A stretch of DNA of 63,920 nt, counting the filler, from Phoronis australis (lineage: Eukaryota > Animalia > Phoronida), in assembly GCA_002633005.1 (NCBI GenBank). It is 6 parts of 6 records of this genome, joined end to end, with 100 filler letters (N's around TTAATTAATTAA, not from the genome) between each part and the next. Parts side by side here need not be neighbours in the genome. Positions count along the whole stretch, not along the records: positions 1 to 14,764 come from NMRA01000028.1; 5 more parts are not named here. One strand, given 5' to 3'. The position numbers were made by a program, and so were the translations under genes. The notes under the pieces are model-generated. The model was given only the letters and a program-made list of their open reading frames with translations. It was not told the DNA's origin and did no database searches. Within the stretch, counting starts at the first letter, position 1. Every line of letters starts with the position of its first letter. Shown here piece after piece: positions 1 through 13,270 of this stretch.

Positions 1-570
1 AGTAGCAGTAGTAGTAGCAGTAGTAGCAGTAGTAGCAGTAGTAATAGTAGTAGCAGTAGTAGCAGTTGTGGTAGTAATAGTAGTAGTAGCAGTAGCAGTA
101 GTAGTAGTAGTGGCAGTAGTGGTAGTAATAGTAGTAGTAGTAGTAGTAGCAGTAGTAGTAGCAGTAGCAGTAGTAGTAGCAGTAGTAGCAGTAGTAGCAG
201 TAGTAATAGTAGTAGGAGTAGTAGTAGTAGTTAGTACATGTTTTAGTAGTAGTTGTAGTACATGTAATACTTAGTATATAGTAGTAGTAGTAGTAGCGGT
301 AACGGTTAGCGGTAGTAGAAATATTATATGTAGTAGTTAGTACATGTAGTAGCCAGTTCACGTAGTAATAGAAGTAGTATTATAGGTAATAGTAGTAGTA
401 ATAGAAGTAGCAGCAGTAGAAGTAGTAGCGGTAGTGGTAGTAGTGGTAGAGCAGTAGTACATAGTTAGCACACGCAGTAGTAGTGGTAGTAGTAGAACCA
501 GTGGTGATAACAGCAGCAGTAGCATCAGCAGTAGCAGCAGCAGCAACAGCAGTAGTAGTAGTAGAGTTGT
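1..570. repeat. (TAG/CAG)n compound trinucleotide microsatellite
   Basis: Near-continuous AGT/AGC triplets; explains the poly-V and poly-L ORFs. Confidence 0.95.
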
Positions 571-1405
571 AGCCCGCATCACATTCCTGTTGAGATCGGT
601 TTACGATGATTTACCGTCACCAGTGAACCTATGTCGGTGGGGAGTTACTGAAAATCCAAAATGTCAATTATGTAGTAGGAACGGCACACTTGCCCATATT
701 TTGCCACTATGCAAGGTTTCTCTACAGCAAGGCAGGTATAGATGGAGGCACGACCAGGTGTTAAGAGCTATGGCTGATGTAGTAGCCCACGAGAGGGAGA
801 AAAGAGCGGCGCAGCCAAAGCAATCGAGATCCATCCGTATTGTCCGCGCAGGAGAGAAGTGTCAACCCAGTAGTGTGCAAGACCCTTCCATACTGAATGG
901 GATTGACTGAGAGATGAGAGTTGACCTGCAGCAGAAACTTGTCTTCCCAGGTGTGGTGGTAACACCATTGCGTCCAGACATTTTGATATGGATGACGTGC
1001 CAGAAGTCCATAATCGGCATTGAAGTGACTATCCTTTGGCAGGAGAACTGTGAAGAAGCATACAAGAGGAAAAAACTAAGTACACAGAGTTAATGGAGTC
1101 TTACTGAGACCAGGGCTGTCGTGCATGGCTTTCCAGTAGAGATTGGGGATAGGGGTTTTCCTGCACAGTCCGTATGGCGAATTTTCCAGGCTCTCGACAT
1201 TCGTGGAAACAGAAGAAAGACATTTATTCGTAGACTGGGAGAAAAAGCAAAGAAAGCATCGTGTTGGCTGTGGTACAGAAGATCCGAACCAGCTTGGAGG
1301 TAATATTTCTTGATTGGCCATCACTGTGGGCCCGCCAGCAACTTTGCATCTGGAGGTGGAGGAGTCCTCTTCAATATTTTACGTTCTGCAGTTGATACTG
1401 TAAGT
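571..1405 (+). mobile_element. 5'-truncated, decayed RLE-type non-LTR retrotransposon (HERO/NeSL-like): zinc knuckle plus restriction-like endonuclease
   Basis: Reads LRSVYDDLPSPVNLCRWG..CQLCSRNGTLAHILPLC (CCHC), RWRHDQVL, a TGA at 908-910, then LRPDILIW..IGIEVT..ENCEEAYKRK (PD-(D/E)xK) and frameshifted FPVEIGDRGF; the clade is inferred from recalled motifs. Confidence 0.85.
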
Positions 1406-1407
1406 TA

Positions 1408-1556
1408 ATGGAAGTAGTAATAGTAGTAGAAGTAGTGATTGCAGCAGCAGCTGCAGCCAGCAGCAGCAGGCAGCAGCAGCAGCCAGCAGCAACAGCAGCA
1501 GCAGCAGCCAGCAGCAGCAGCAGCAGTAATAGTAGTAGTAGTAGCAGCAGTAGCAT

Positions 1557-1587
<31 letters not shown>

Positions 1588-1661
1588 AGTAATAGTAGTA
1601 GCAGCAGTAGCATCAGCAGCAGCAGCAGCAGCAGCCAGCAGCAGCAGCCAGCAGCAACAGC

Positions 1662-1696
<35 letters not shown>

Positions 1697-1980
1697 CCTC
1701 TAATAATATTAGTAGCAGTATTTGCTGCAGCTGTTGTAGTGTCGGTACGGATGATAGAGGTGATAATAGTACCCGTAGTAGTTATATTAGTAGAAGTAGT
1801 GAGTTGTACTAACAGTAGCTGTAGCAGTAGTATTAGAAGTTGAGTAGTAATTATAGTGGTAGTAGTGGTAGCGGTCGTAGTAGCGGAAATAGTTGTTTTG
1901 TAGTCGTAGTGAAGAGGTGGTCTAATAATAGTAGTAACACCCGTAACACCAGGTGCAGCAGCAGCAGTAATGGTAGTGCT
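1408..1980. repeat. (TAG/CAG/CAT)n compound microsatellite
   Basis: Long CAG, TAG and CAT runs. Confidence 0.95.
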
Positions 1981-3814
1981 ATTTGAGAGCCACCGCCCGA
2001 CCAAAGAAGTTGTGGTCTTAGTCTTCTGGGGACTACTGGCGTAAGCTTTTTGTTAACTGAAATGTCACCCTCTCATCAATGTGTGGATTAAATTTGCTGT
2101 TAAGGTTCGTATAAAACCCGTGAAAAAAGAAAACGTGATCTTAGTGTTGTTTCCGTTTGTTTAACATGGAGATCGTTTGCTCATCTTTGTCTTCTCCTGA
2201 TCGAGGTTCGCATTAATCGCAGCAAAACTGATTTTTGCACACGTAGTGAAATTATTGTGCAGAATGGTACGATTTGTACCAAATAGATGGTCTGTTTATG
2301 TAGATGTATGTGTATTCAGGCATCAATCCGACAATGACAACGGTCATTTGAAAAGAACAAGAGAATGCTACAACCCTCGAAAGAAAAAAGTTGGTGCCAA
2401 GTGCATTCAGTAAACGTTTGGAATGCAACAATGCAACAAAACGCTAGCTTATTGTTAACTTGTCAGAACGACCACGACCCGCAGGGATATTCTTGACGGG
2501 CGGGTAACTAGTAACTTGGACGCTTCGCCTCCAAGCAGATTAGTTTCTGAAAGCACACTGCAGTTACATGACCCTAAACATTTTTCTTGCAATTGCAGAT
2601 CGTCAAACAGACTGCTGTTCCCGTTCCCAAACCGCCAACAGGTATTGTGTGTCTCCAAACAGCAACTGCAAGCTCTTCACCCAAAGAGCCTCGAATGTAA
2701 CAAATCTCCACAGATGTGTGGAGGGAACGCGCTTCGACACGCGGGGGTGTGTTTGTAATCATATCGAACTTACGCCGTGTAAGGTTTAGGACCAGTTTCA
2801 CCTGCTCGCAGTCTTTCTGTAAAGATAATTTTAAAAAAGCAATTCTAGCTTTGTACTTTGTATCTGCAAGAAGTACGCGTACATTGCGGTAAATACATAC
2901 AAATTATCCGATGTCTTCTGTTTCGTGATTGGTCATAGAAATAACGTCACATAACTTAGCAACAAAGGCTGGCCTTTCCAACTAGGGCACAGATTGGTCC
3001 TCTCAACAAGATATTGCTCTTTTAATTTTAGTTCTATGTTGATCGTTGCTAAGTAACTGCTGAACAATGATGTTCGTGTACTGCAATTTTTTTATTTCGT
3101 AAGAAATGCGCAGCACCGAGCGACAACTCCCGTGACTTTCCAAATGTGGAAGCGAATACAGTGAGAAACTTGATCATATTATCGGCTTGCAAGTAGCCGA
3201 CTGCGCGCTGGAGGCTGGAACGAAGCTATGCACACTTCTCACTGGATTTTGCCTGGCAGTGCAAACGTCACTGAACTTGTCACCTCTCTTTCACTGTGTC
3301 GAAACGACGAAAACTCTATGAACAAAATGAAACGTTGTGAGTAATTTCACCTCCAAAGCATTGTATATGACCACAAAAACTTTCGCTTTCACCGAAAAAG
3401 ATAGCAGGGCTCCGAAAAAAGTGGCAAAAACGCAAAGAATTAACGACTTTTAGTTCCAAAACCCACTTCCCTGCCAATGTTCCACACGAGCCAACACTAA
3501 ATTCATAAAACAGTTTACTACTAATTCCGAAAAATGTGGTCCAAAAGTGCTGCCATTTAACAAGATTTTTGCAATTCCAGGTTGCTTGAGGGCTAGCTAA
3601 AATCCGAATTCTCAGTTTCTGAGCAGCAACGAAACAATACTGCAAATGCCAACATTTTTAACAAAAGCCGTATCTACAGCAAAACTAGTAAATTTTCTTA
3701 TTCACAACATGCTCACAAATACACGCAAGACAGACTTACTGGAACCCGCGTGTAATGTTTAAAAACGATTTCCAAACCCGGCCTACCCAAAGGAAGTGTT
3801 GTTGTTTGGTTTTC

Positions 3815-4655
3815 TTGTACTGATTTGGCTACGCTTCACGCGTTCTTTGGTTTTCTCAACAATTTTGAGATGTTTTCTAATCCCTCGTGAAAAGGAGGCA
3901 GAGGCCACCCCCCCCCCACTCCCTATAANCCCCCCACTCCCTATAAGAGGACTCAGACTGAAAGGGTAGCCTCTTCAGTGGCCATCATGTTGCTAGCTTA
4001 CGTTGTAAGGTTCCAGGCACACTCGCAAAGGCACACCTTTCACTCGCTGGCCAGCGAGATACCGCCACCATTGTCATATTGCGCTAGACTTTACGTGAGG
4101 TGAAACGACTGGGTACGTCATTGAGCTATTTGCATAATGTAACAAGTGAGCTGTATGAGAGCTCACAGTTACAACTGACTTCAAGCGATAAACCCCTGCT
4201 TCGCGCCGTAGACGATATACATTAGCGGTGAGCTTTCGGCCAAAATGGTTCGCTTATGGAACGGAAACGCTTAATTCAGTCCCACAATTCAACATTATAG
4301 CCTCCTCAGTGGCCGTCATGTTGCTAGCTTACGTTTGTAAGGTCCCAGGCATACTCGCAAAGGCTCGCATTTCACTCGTGAACATTTATTAAAATAAGAT
4401 ACGTAAACAAAGAACTTATCCTTTGTTTATATGATTTTATTTTACTAAACAAAATTAATTAAATAAAGAGCAAGAACCCTAACTCTGTGACTTCTTCGGT
4501 CGCCAACCCTACCCTTTAAGTCAGAGTCCTCTCATGGTGGGGGCGGCTAAGGCTGATTGCCTCTGACTCCTATATATGAGGGGAGTAGATAACATGTCAA
4601 AGTTGTTAAGAAAACCGAAAACGTTACATGTGAAGCGTCACCGCGTCTGTACATG
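3815..4655. repeat. Diverged foldback structure: inverted arms around an internal direct repeat
   Basis: About 3815-3968 is the diverged reverse complement of about 4506-4655; 3967-4046 is repeated directly at 4298-4378 (tagcctcytcagtggccrtcatgttgctagcttacgtt). Confidence 0.6.
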
Positions 4656-7056
4656 AGAACCACGTGTTATATATAACAAAACTAGTATTATTCGCCGTCG
4701 AAACGACTGGAGTTTGAACAACTTGATGACATTTTTGTGAATTACAAAAAGACAACACTCGCGATAGTTTTATAACAATAAAAGTTCGGCAGTGTTCCAA
4801 AATAAACCAAGAAAACCATTTCTATGGACGTCCGTTGTTAGGAAAGCTTTGTTGATGTGGAGGGTAATACTCGTCTATCAGATCGTGCGCTGCGTATGTC
4901 TCATAGATGAAGGGAACCTAACAACGGACGTAAGCAAATCTTTCTGTGACCTTGGGATTCAGGTTAGCGTTTTAAACCACAACTGAAACGAACCAGAATT
5001 TTCGTTAATTCGAATAAATTCTGAAAGTTTCATGGGGGTCGGGCCCACAAACCCTTCGTGGGATGTCTCATATCCATGCTCTCCGGTTGCCTGTCAACTA
5101 TCTGGCTGTGCACATGCCTTCAGGAATCACCAAAAATACATATAATAAATTAAGAATTTGGAAAAAATGCAACTCAAGAACCCGCAATTAAACTGAAAAG
5201 GCTGGTTTATAGACGTATTTGACAATTGTAAGAAATTGATGCTTCAGGCAATGAGGATGGTAAATGAAATTCATGAAATTACCAACTCATTTAACTCTGA
5301 TAGTGCAAAGATGAGCGCTTCTAGACGCGAACCGTACATGTAGCTTCAATCTTTTCATTCTGTGACCATGTCAGGGGGGAAACTTCATTTTTTCTGTGTG
5401 TTTATAAATATCTTCAAGCATTTGATATTCGAGAAATCTCGTTTTTTAAGTTGCACTTTTTTGTAAAAAATTCTTTATGCTCTTCTACATGTAATATGGC
5501 AGTATTTAACCCTTTCTGGTGCTGTTGTTTTTTTCACTTTATAATGAAATACTAATATTCCCATACAAAAGATCAAAGCTACCAAAGACAAAAACAGTGA
5601 AATATAACAAATCTTGTAAAATAATCACGTTAATTGTTTCTTAGATTCTAATAGGGACCTAGAAATTGCGATGTGACGTCAGCACTTGTATAATCTAGGT
5701 CATACAAAAAGGTGCTTGGTCAAGATTCTCCATTTTGCGTCTCAAATGACGAACATTTAGTCTGTTTTGTCGGAGTGTGCGGTCGTGCCCTCGTTTATCG
5801 CGGCCGCCTGGGTTCAGTTGGTTACGTCTAAGAAGCTGCCAAGAGCAGACTGGTTGCAGTGTCTCCGCTTTATCCTCGAAAACTCAATTAGTAGTCGCTG
5901 GTGTGCCGTAACTCTGATACCGGCCTTTTGCGTACCCTTTGTTCCTCTGTGAAGCCGTACTTTAAGTTATTACGCGATCACTGCCAAAGGTGACACAGAC
6001 CGGAAGTAAAGTTTTCTTGGGCAGCGATTCAACTTGGACCGTGCGAACCAGCAGCCCTTGGCTAGATATGGGCACTACGTCACCTCCCCTCCTGGCTGGC
6101 TTGAGGCTGTGTATTTTAAACCGAAGGTAGACCAAATCTAGTCACTGAATAGGAGATTTGAATCAAGTCAAAATTACATTTTATACTTAAAATTATCACT
6201 AAAAAGCGGGTACTTTCTTTAACGATACTTTGTGGTTATTTCCATATCCTCGATGAAGCATGTCTACGGGAATTAAGATGACTGTCGGAGGAATGCCAAT
6301 TCTATTTTTTTGGCAGTCGATAAACCAACCCTTAAAGTAATGGCCGGATTTTTTGGCTGTTTTTGGTTGCTGTTAACTTCTTCAGCGCGCACGATAATCA
6401 CAAAGCATTTTAATTGACGCAAGAGGAGTGAGCGGACCGCGTGACCTTTTGACTGACACTTGCATTGTAGCACGTGAAGATATCCGAAGGAAATTTTATC
6501 CCTTTGACTTTTTGTTCGTGAATTGGTGTGATTTTGCGTAACTTCCCCAAAATGGGACTTGGCGAGGGAAGCTCGAGTGAACCTCGACATATTTCCACGG
6601 ATATGTTAGAATTATGTTGACTAAGTTTTCTTCGGAATCGTGGTACGCGTTAATTACAATACAACGCGTATACATACATGTTTCAAACAATATCATCCGA
6701 TGCATTTTGAAATTAGTAAATTTTAATGGGGGTATACCATCGCCTGTGTAGGTGTAACTGCCTACAATAGACACAGTCTCTATGGACTTTTCATCAATTC
6801 TCTGCAACCTGAATATGTGTTTTCTGTTTGTAAATATCCTACGTTCTGTATCAAACGCACTCTTCTTATCGTATGTAGAACCCTTTAATCAAACTGAAGG
6901 TTGCGTACCCACGCGATCCAGAATTTTCACTTTGGTCAATGAATAACAATCTCTGCCAAACACTATCATCCTAATCAAAATATTTAAAACACCACCATAC
7001 TGAATTAAGTGCATGAAACGACAACTTTATTAACATGCTAATAAACAGAGGTAAGT

Positions 7057-7469
7057 GCCCGGTTGCATGTCGCAAATAGGAAATCAATTCAGTTCCCTCA
7101 ATATATTGCGTGTTTGTGGACTTGTAAAAACAATGATTGTTTTTCCCTATAAAGTTGTGGTTTCATTACTAAGTCAATTTTGGAATTTGATACAAATCAA
7201 GGGTGAGCTTTAAGTTGAATTTTCAATATTATAGAAACTTAATAGGAATCTTTTCATGCAACGCTCCTAATTAAAGGACTAAGTGTTGATTTTCATTGAA
7301 CCCGGGGCTCAGTTCTCAGTTGAATTATTAAAAATAACTTCACTCTAGGAGGAGCTCATAATCAGGATGAAATGAAAAAATACATCTGAGAGTAAAAAAT
7401 AACACAAATACGCAAAGGATTTAGGGAAATTAGTGTAATACCTACTTGGGACCGTTTCATGCAACGGGC
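7057..7469. mobile_element. MITE with short terminal inverted repeats
   Basis: gcccggttgcatg ... catgcaacgggc; a related 3' part occurs at about 22880-23092. Confidence 0.55.
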
Positions 7470-7494
7470 AATGGTGGATTTTCTTAAACAAAAT

Positions 7495-8145
7495 GTGAAA
7501 CAACAAAATTTTTCGACAATGTTCATCACAAGAAGAAAAGTTCGTGGTAAAATAATGAGTTTTGCTGACTTGTCACGTACACGCTTTAGTTCAATTGCCT
7601 GAAGTTTTAATTAACACAGAATGTACACGTACAATTATTCTTCACCACCATACTAATTTACAAGACCATCATAGTGAAATCTATAATAATTGGGAATTGG
7701 AGACAAGGTTAAGTTATTCCAGTATTAAAGTTTGAATGAAGAAAGACAAGAATAATGTGTTAAGAATATGCAATGTCATATTTTCATGAATGGGTGATTG
7801 GCAAAAATGACGTCCGGATATGATTAAATTCACAGTCAATTTTTATTCATTCAATTTAAAAAATATATTCCCGTACATTCTTAATAATTTCACCGGGTAT
7901 CGTATGTTCCTGTTCATTGTTCATTTTCTTCAACAAAACGTAAAACAATAAAAACGTTCGATAATGTTCATCACAAGCAGAAAATTTCATTTTAGAATAA
8001 TTAGTTTTAATATCTTGTCATTATCCTGCATTAATTCATTTGCCTAAAATTTTAATAAACACGAAAATGTAACTTCATGCACAATTATATTACACCGTCA
8101 TTCTAATTTAAAATTAGAAGACCATCATACTGAAGTCTATAAAAT
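7495..8145 (+). repeat. Diverged ~200-bp direct duplication ending in a TATA-like motif
   Basis: About 7495-7690 vs about 7940-8145 (ttcgayaatgttcatcacaag ... aagaccatcata.tgaa.tctataa). Confidence 0.75.
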
Positions 8146-8351
8146 CATCGTTGATATGTGAATACGTCGACATAAAACACTTTGATTCTGACTTCTCTGT
8201 AATTTCTCCTGCTGGTAAGCACGTAAAGGTTTTGTTGCTTGTATTCCCAATAATTTGAATATCCTGGCTACCTTTCTCTTAATCTACGCTGTTATGGAAT
8301 ACGATTATGAAGATTTGGATACACTATTTCTATTTTGTTTTCTAGGTAACG

Positions 8352-8410
8352 ATGAAGAACGCTGCGTTTTTCCTCACTTTGTTGGTGATCACATCTGTAG
8401 TAACTTCAAA
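8352..8410 (+). CDS. Candidate first coding exon of a secreted peptide/protein (signal peptide)
   Basis: TATAAAA at about 8138, donor ctg|gtaagc at about 8214, polypyrimidine tract plus ttctag acceptor at about 8346, then MKNAAFFLTLLVITSVVTS and aa|gtaatt. Confidence 0.45.
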
Positions 8411-8519
8411 GTAATTATCGATGCTATGATGTGATTTTATGCAGAAAACTTAGCCTTGTCATTGGCTTAGACCACTTGCGCAGCCTTAAAGCTCTTTAAT
8501 GCGTCTGAGGTGTAATAAA

Positions 8520-10110
8520 CGTGTACTCATGGCCACGTATTGATGCTGAGGGCATTCACCAGTTGCCAGAGAAAACAGTGCCATCCGTAATGCACCTGCT
8601 CCAGGGAATGTTGCAAAGTTGCAACAATTCTTGGGCTTGTTGAGCTACTACACTCAGTTTATTTTGAACCTTTCAACGTTGCTGACCCCGTCGCACAGGT
8701 TGATTTACAAAGAGCATAAATGGCATTGTGGTTATGCCGAGAATAGTTCGTTCGCACAGGCGAAGCGGATTATTGGGTATTCGCTTTAGGCAAAGACAAA
8801 GACTTGGTCCTGACCTGCGATGCGTCGCCTTATGGCGTAGGTGCGGTCTTGTCCTACAAATCAGTGACCTGAATGTCTGAAGAGACCCATAGCGTTTACG
8901 TCCCGCACACTTTGTCCGACAGAGCACAACTACTCCCAACTAGAGAAGGAAGCTCTTGTTATCCTTCTTGGCGTCAAGCATTTTAGTCAAAACTTGTATG
9001 CCAGAGTTTTCGTGATCCATAGTGGACAGAAGACGTTGTTTGGCCATTTCGGGGAAAGCAAACCTATGCCGAGATCACTTCCTCTCGAATGTAGCGTTGG
9101 ACAATGACGCTGTGACCCTACAATTATAGGTTAGTGTATCGTCCTGGCAAATACAATGCCATGCCGACTGCCCCAGTAGATTGCCTGTAACAGTTGAACA
9201 GGAGAACATGCCTATGCCACTTTTGATACGAGTCACCTAGTCTAGAATCTGGCGCGGTATGCCAGCCGTCTGATAGTAAACGTTGGATTGAAGCTGAGCA
9301 TGTATTGTCAGCAGTTATGCTCTTTGTTTTGACTAGTTGGCCAGATTGGGGAGACGAAGATTTCAAGCTGTACTTTGTTCCTAACGAGTTGAGTACTCAG
9401 GATGGCATGTTACTCTGGGGTTCTCGTGTGGTAACTCCTGAAACTGGTAGCATCAACTTCCTCAGTGAGTTACACGATACTCACTTTGGTGAGTCATGCA
9501 TGAAGTCGTACGCTCGAGAAGAAATGTTTGGTGGGCCAAGCTGCATGCTAATATCGAGAACTACTGCGTCTCCTTTTTTCCTGTCAAAGCCCCCACTATG
9601 ACTCCTTTGTATCCTTGGGGTTTGCCTCATCGGCCGTGAACTCGTGTTCACTTCATGATAGTCATTTTTTGTTGCTCGTTATGTCCATTCGAAATTGATT
9701 AGCTTGCACCCAGTGAATTTGTCATGTTCTAGTATTACCAATGATAAACTTCGTTGCTCATTTTCGACACAAGGTCTCCTGTGTCGATTGTTTTTGACAA
9801 TGACACTTCGTTTACTAGTGACAAATTCAATTAGTTTTGTTCTCAGAACGACATTAACCATATAACCTCAGCTACTTACTACTCTAACTCTAATGTTCTA
9901 GCAAAACGTGTTGTGACTACGGTCAAGGGTGCGTTGAGAAAAATGCAGTCTGGTGATTTGCAGACTAAACGAATCGTTTTTGCTCCTTTATTGGAACGGA
10001 ACTCTCCGTACTCAGTCGCAGGTAGAAGTCCATCAGAATTGTTCATGAAGTGTCGATTACGAGAGCGTATCTCTCGCATGTTCCCAGACCCGTGTCGTAT
10101 ACACTACTAG
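8520..10110 (+). mobile_element. Decayed Ty3/Gypsy LTR retrotransposon pol (RT end, RNase H, integrase)
   Basis: Frameshifted motifs: AIRNAPAPGNVAKLQQFLGLLSYY, CDASPYGVGAVL, RPIAFTSRTL..EHNYSQLEKEAL, YRLVYRPGK, ELHDTHFGESCMKSYAR, GRSPSELFM; order RT-RH-INT. Confidence 0.9.
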
Positions 10111-10439
10111 GCTCTTTGATGCCAGAATTGCCTGAAGACACGTGCATCAGACGATTTGTGGACGCTACGATCAACCTACTGTGATTACCGGTTCTGTAGA
10201 GCGCGGTCCTTCTGAGGTACTTTGAACGTGGCAGCTGGGTGCACTTATTTGCAACATTCTGCTAGATTGTCTCACAAGTCAGATCAGTCAGATTGCTAAG
10301 AGTAGCCTTGCTCTTATGCCTTGGTATTAAGAACGTGTTTGGTAACTGCTTAGTTTAGGGTAGACCTTGCTGCTTATTTTTTCTCGGCTACGTTTCCACT
10401 AAGTAAGAGGAATGTTATAGTCTGGTAGTTCAGTGTATA

Positions 10440-11060
10440 TCAATCAATCAATCAATAATTATTTATTTTTATGACCTTTAGCAATCGCTACCCAGCCACA
10501 ACTTGGGCTTATAAGTCACCAGTTCTAAAGAGAACTTACAAAAATAGGCAACGCATACACGTATACAATGACAAAAAAAATCAGACCATCCTTCTCAATA
10601 ATTAATACGTAGTAAATAAAATCAGACCAACCTTCTCAGTCATTATTGATCAAGCAGTAACCAACCTTCTCAATAATTATTAAGTGATAAATATTAACAT
10701 TTTTTTCTCCTGCGAAATGCATTATAAATAAAACTGATAACTACTTTACTCACATTGGTGTTAGTCGTCAGGAAAATAAATTCCTACGTTTGTTGCATGA
10801 GAACACATGCAAACGTCAACTAAAAAAACCATAACGAATGGATTGCAATTTGTCAATTAAACAGTATCTTATAATTGAAGCATATAATTTCTTTTCACCT
10901 AGTGTCGTTGAAGCTTTCATGAGTGGTGGAGGTAATATCCCTGGTGCGCAAATTATTCGGAGTGCAGAGGCCGACATGGATTCATTGATCAGTATTCTAC
11001 CAGCAGACAATCCGAACGTCAAAGACTAGAAGAGGTAAGCTGAATTTTGCAAGAGTATGC
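10440..11060 (-). mobile_element. Probable 3' end of a decayed CR1/L2-group LINE
   Basis: Minus strand ends aataaataattattgattgattgattg (short-repeat tail); upstream ALRIIC motif resembles the RT C-terminus. Confidence 0.4.
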
Positions 11061-11689
11061 GTTTTAAGACATAAAATACTTGTAACCAGGGACAGGTCTA
11101 GTGCATGGAACCCCTATCACTCTAAAATGAAATTGAATTAGTAATACCAGAGATGAGGATGCCGTGAAGGTTGCTCGCAAAAAACGGGACTCAAATTCGG
11201 ATGTAATGTGGTCCAAAACGTTCTCGCGTTACTTCCTGAAGAATTCAGACGTGATTACACCTACTCGGACAGAAATATTTAGTCAGAGAATGACTTGAGG
11301 AATTTTTTGTTCTAGTTATATTTTTGCGTGTTACTTAAATTGCTTACGTCTTTGGAAATGGGAACAGCCCACTACTCACCATTCGGTTCACCATTCCGAA
11401 GGTTCACTACTTCGAATGTTCGATACTACGAAAAGATCGACTCATGTGCAATTTTTATACTTTTACAAGCAAAAATGAATGATAATTCGGTTGTTAGCTA
11501 CACTGAGTAGTGTACCTTCACCGAGAACAACGCCCGGATATTAAATTCCTTTTTTGGATTTCATGGGCATGCGAAATTGCCCGCATGTCTTACAGAAAAA
11601 TGAATACGTTATTGCATTTTTAAAATATGAAGTAGGAATATTGATGAATTATCAACCACGATACATTTATCAAGTCTATGTCAATGTCG

Positions 11690-13270
11690 CATCAGTTTAC
11701 AGCGCGACTGAAAATTTTAGGGCCGCTGCACCTGAACCGCACCCACGCACACGGCGTAAATGTAGTTAGGAGGCTACCCTGTCCCTGCCAGTCTTCACGA
11801 AGTCAGAGTGCCCCATTCAGTCTTCTGAAATTTAAAACCGTTTGTCCCCGCACCCCTGACCCTTGCCCCAGATGTTGTCCCTGAGTCATTGGTTAGATTC
11901 GAGAATCACTATTGGTGGTGATTGGAACTGAGCTCTTTTGTAAACAATGTAATCATTTGATTAAGAGCTATTCAACTTTTGCACACCCTTTAAATGGTTT
12001 CTAAATGGACACGGATGCAATAGCTTATTGATGTCATTTCCGACTCATTAGCTGACAGTCAGAGTAATGAACTATGTGGCTTAGTGGTTTCTACTCCGGA
12101 CTCCTGTTTGGGACACCTGGGTTCGAATCCTGGCTTCACTGGCTGACAATCGAGCATTGCACAAAGGTGTCTCCTACTCCTCTGAACTCTATCTTACCAG
12201 TGAATATATGCAAGGGCGTGAATGAGAACCTGGATATAATCCGAAAGCTACTCCTAGCCGGGACTGTGCTTATATTTAAGAAAAAAATATTTGTAGGAGC
12301 TCTGGTTTCAGAATTGTGGACATTCGAAGTATTGAACTTTCGAAGGTGGCGAACCATCGGAGCAGTGAATCTTTGGAGTAGTGTACCTTCGGGGTAGCGA
12401 AACCTTCAGAATAGTGACATGTAACCTTGGAAATCAAGTTAGTTGCTTGAAAGAAGTCTGTGATGCTTTGCACCATTAACACTATTGACAAGAGAAGCCT
12501 TTCTTCATTGACCAAAGTTTTTATTGGGTCTAGACTTACTTTTCTCCAAAAATGGGAAAATGCTTGTCGGAGTTTTTTCAATGCAAGAAACTCGGTTATA
12601 GTTAAATGTCTGTTTTTTGAGCAACGATGGAGGGCTGCCTATAGTTAACGTACCGTTGACTTGTACTGAAATTAAAAGGGCGGAAACGCACATAAGAGTA
12701 CACGCAGGCATTTCAACCTACCAATCCACAATCGAAGTGGACACTGGATGAAAAACATACGTGTATTTGACGAACACTTTCAATTCCAAATTTGAAAATG
12801 CCTGTCCTTTACCGTAGTATGCAAGCAATATCAGGTAACAAACCTATTTTCTGCTGTTTTGTTTCTTGGGTGCTATTTTAAGGCATTCGCACCGTGTTAC
12901 TTTTTGGGAGCTCTCTCGCTGCTACATAGCGTAGCTAGGTTTAGACATTTACGTCTAGACTCCCTTGTTACCCTACGGTCTAGCCACCCCGTGTGTTCAA
13001 AGCCGATGAGTAGCATAAAGCCTCCCATAATCGTCTGCCCGATCCTGTCATCTACGCAAATACCACTCGGATGAAGTTCGTCGGGTATGGCCCGATGATT
13101 AGCCTACGTGAAGCACTTTGAATCAGTAGCAAAATTCAAAATTATTTCTAACTCTGTTATCATTGTAGTTAGTAGTACCAGTAGCTGCAACAATTTTGTT
13201 GTTGTCCATCTGTATCTTATCTTTAACGGATTAGCTGGGACTGGACCTTTTCCGCTTTGGGGGGGGGGGT
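11690..13270 (+). repeat. ~1.6-kb composite repeat, copy 1 (contains a tRNA-derived head at about 12075-12135)
   Basis: Colinear with the reverse complement of 14865-16750; A box tggcttagtgg, B box ggttcgaatcc. Confidence 0.85.

Noticed and set aside
908-910. In-frame TGA as recoding (Sec or Trp)
   Set aside because: It lies in a frameshifted, decayed LINE; a simple TGG to TGA mutation explains it
68-2004. Homopolymeric ORFs (poly-V/L/Q/S; likewise 30546-31184 and 48029-48273)
   Set aside because: Translations of simple repeats
2568-2789. BED-zinc-finger-like short ORF
   Set aside because: Resemblance is weak and there is no downstream transposase
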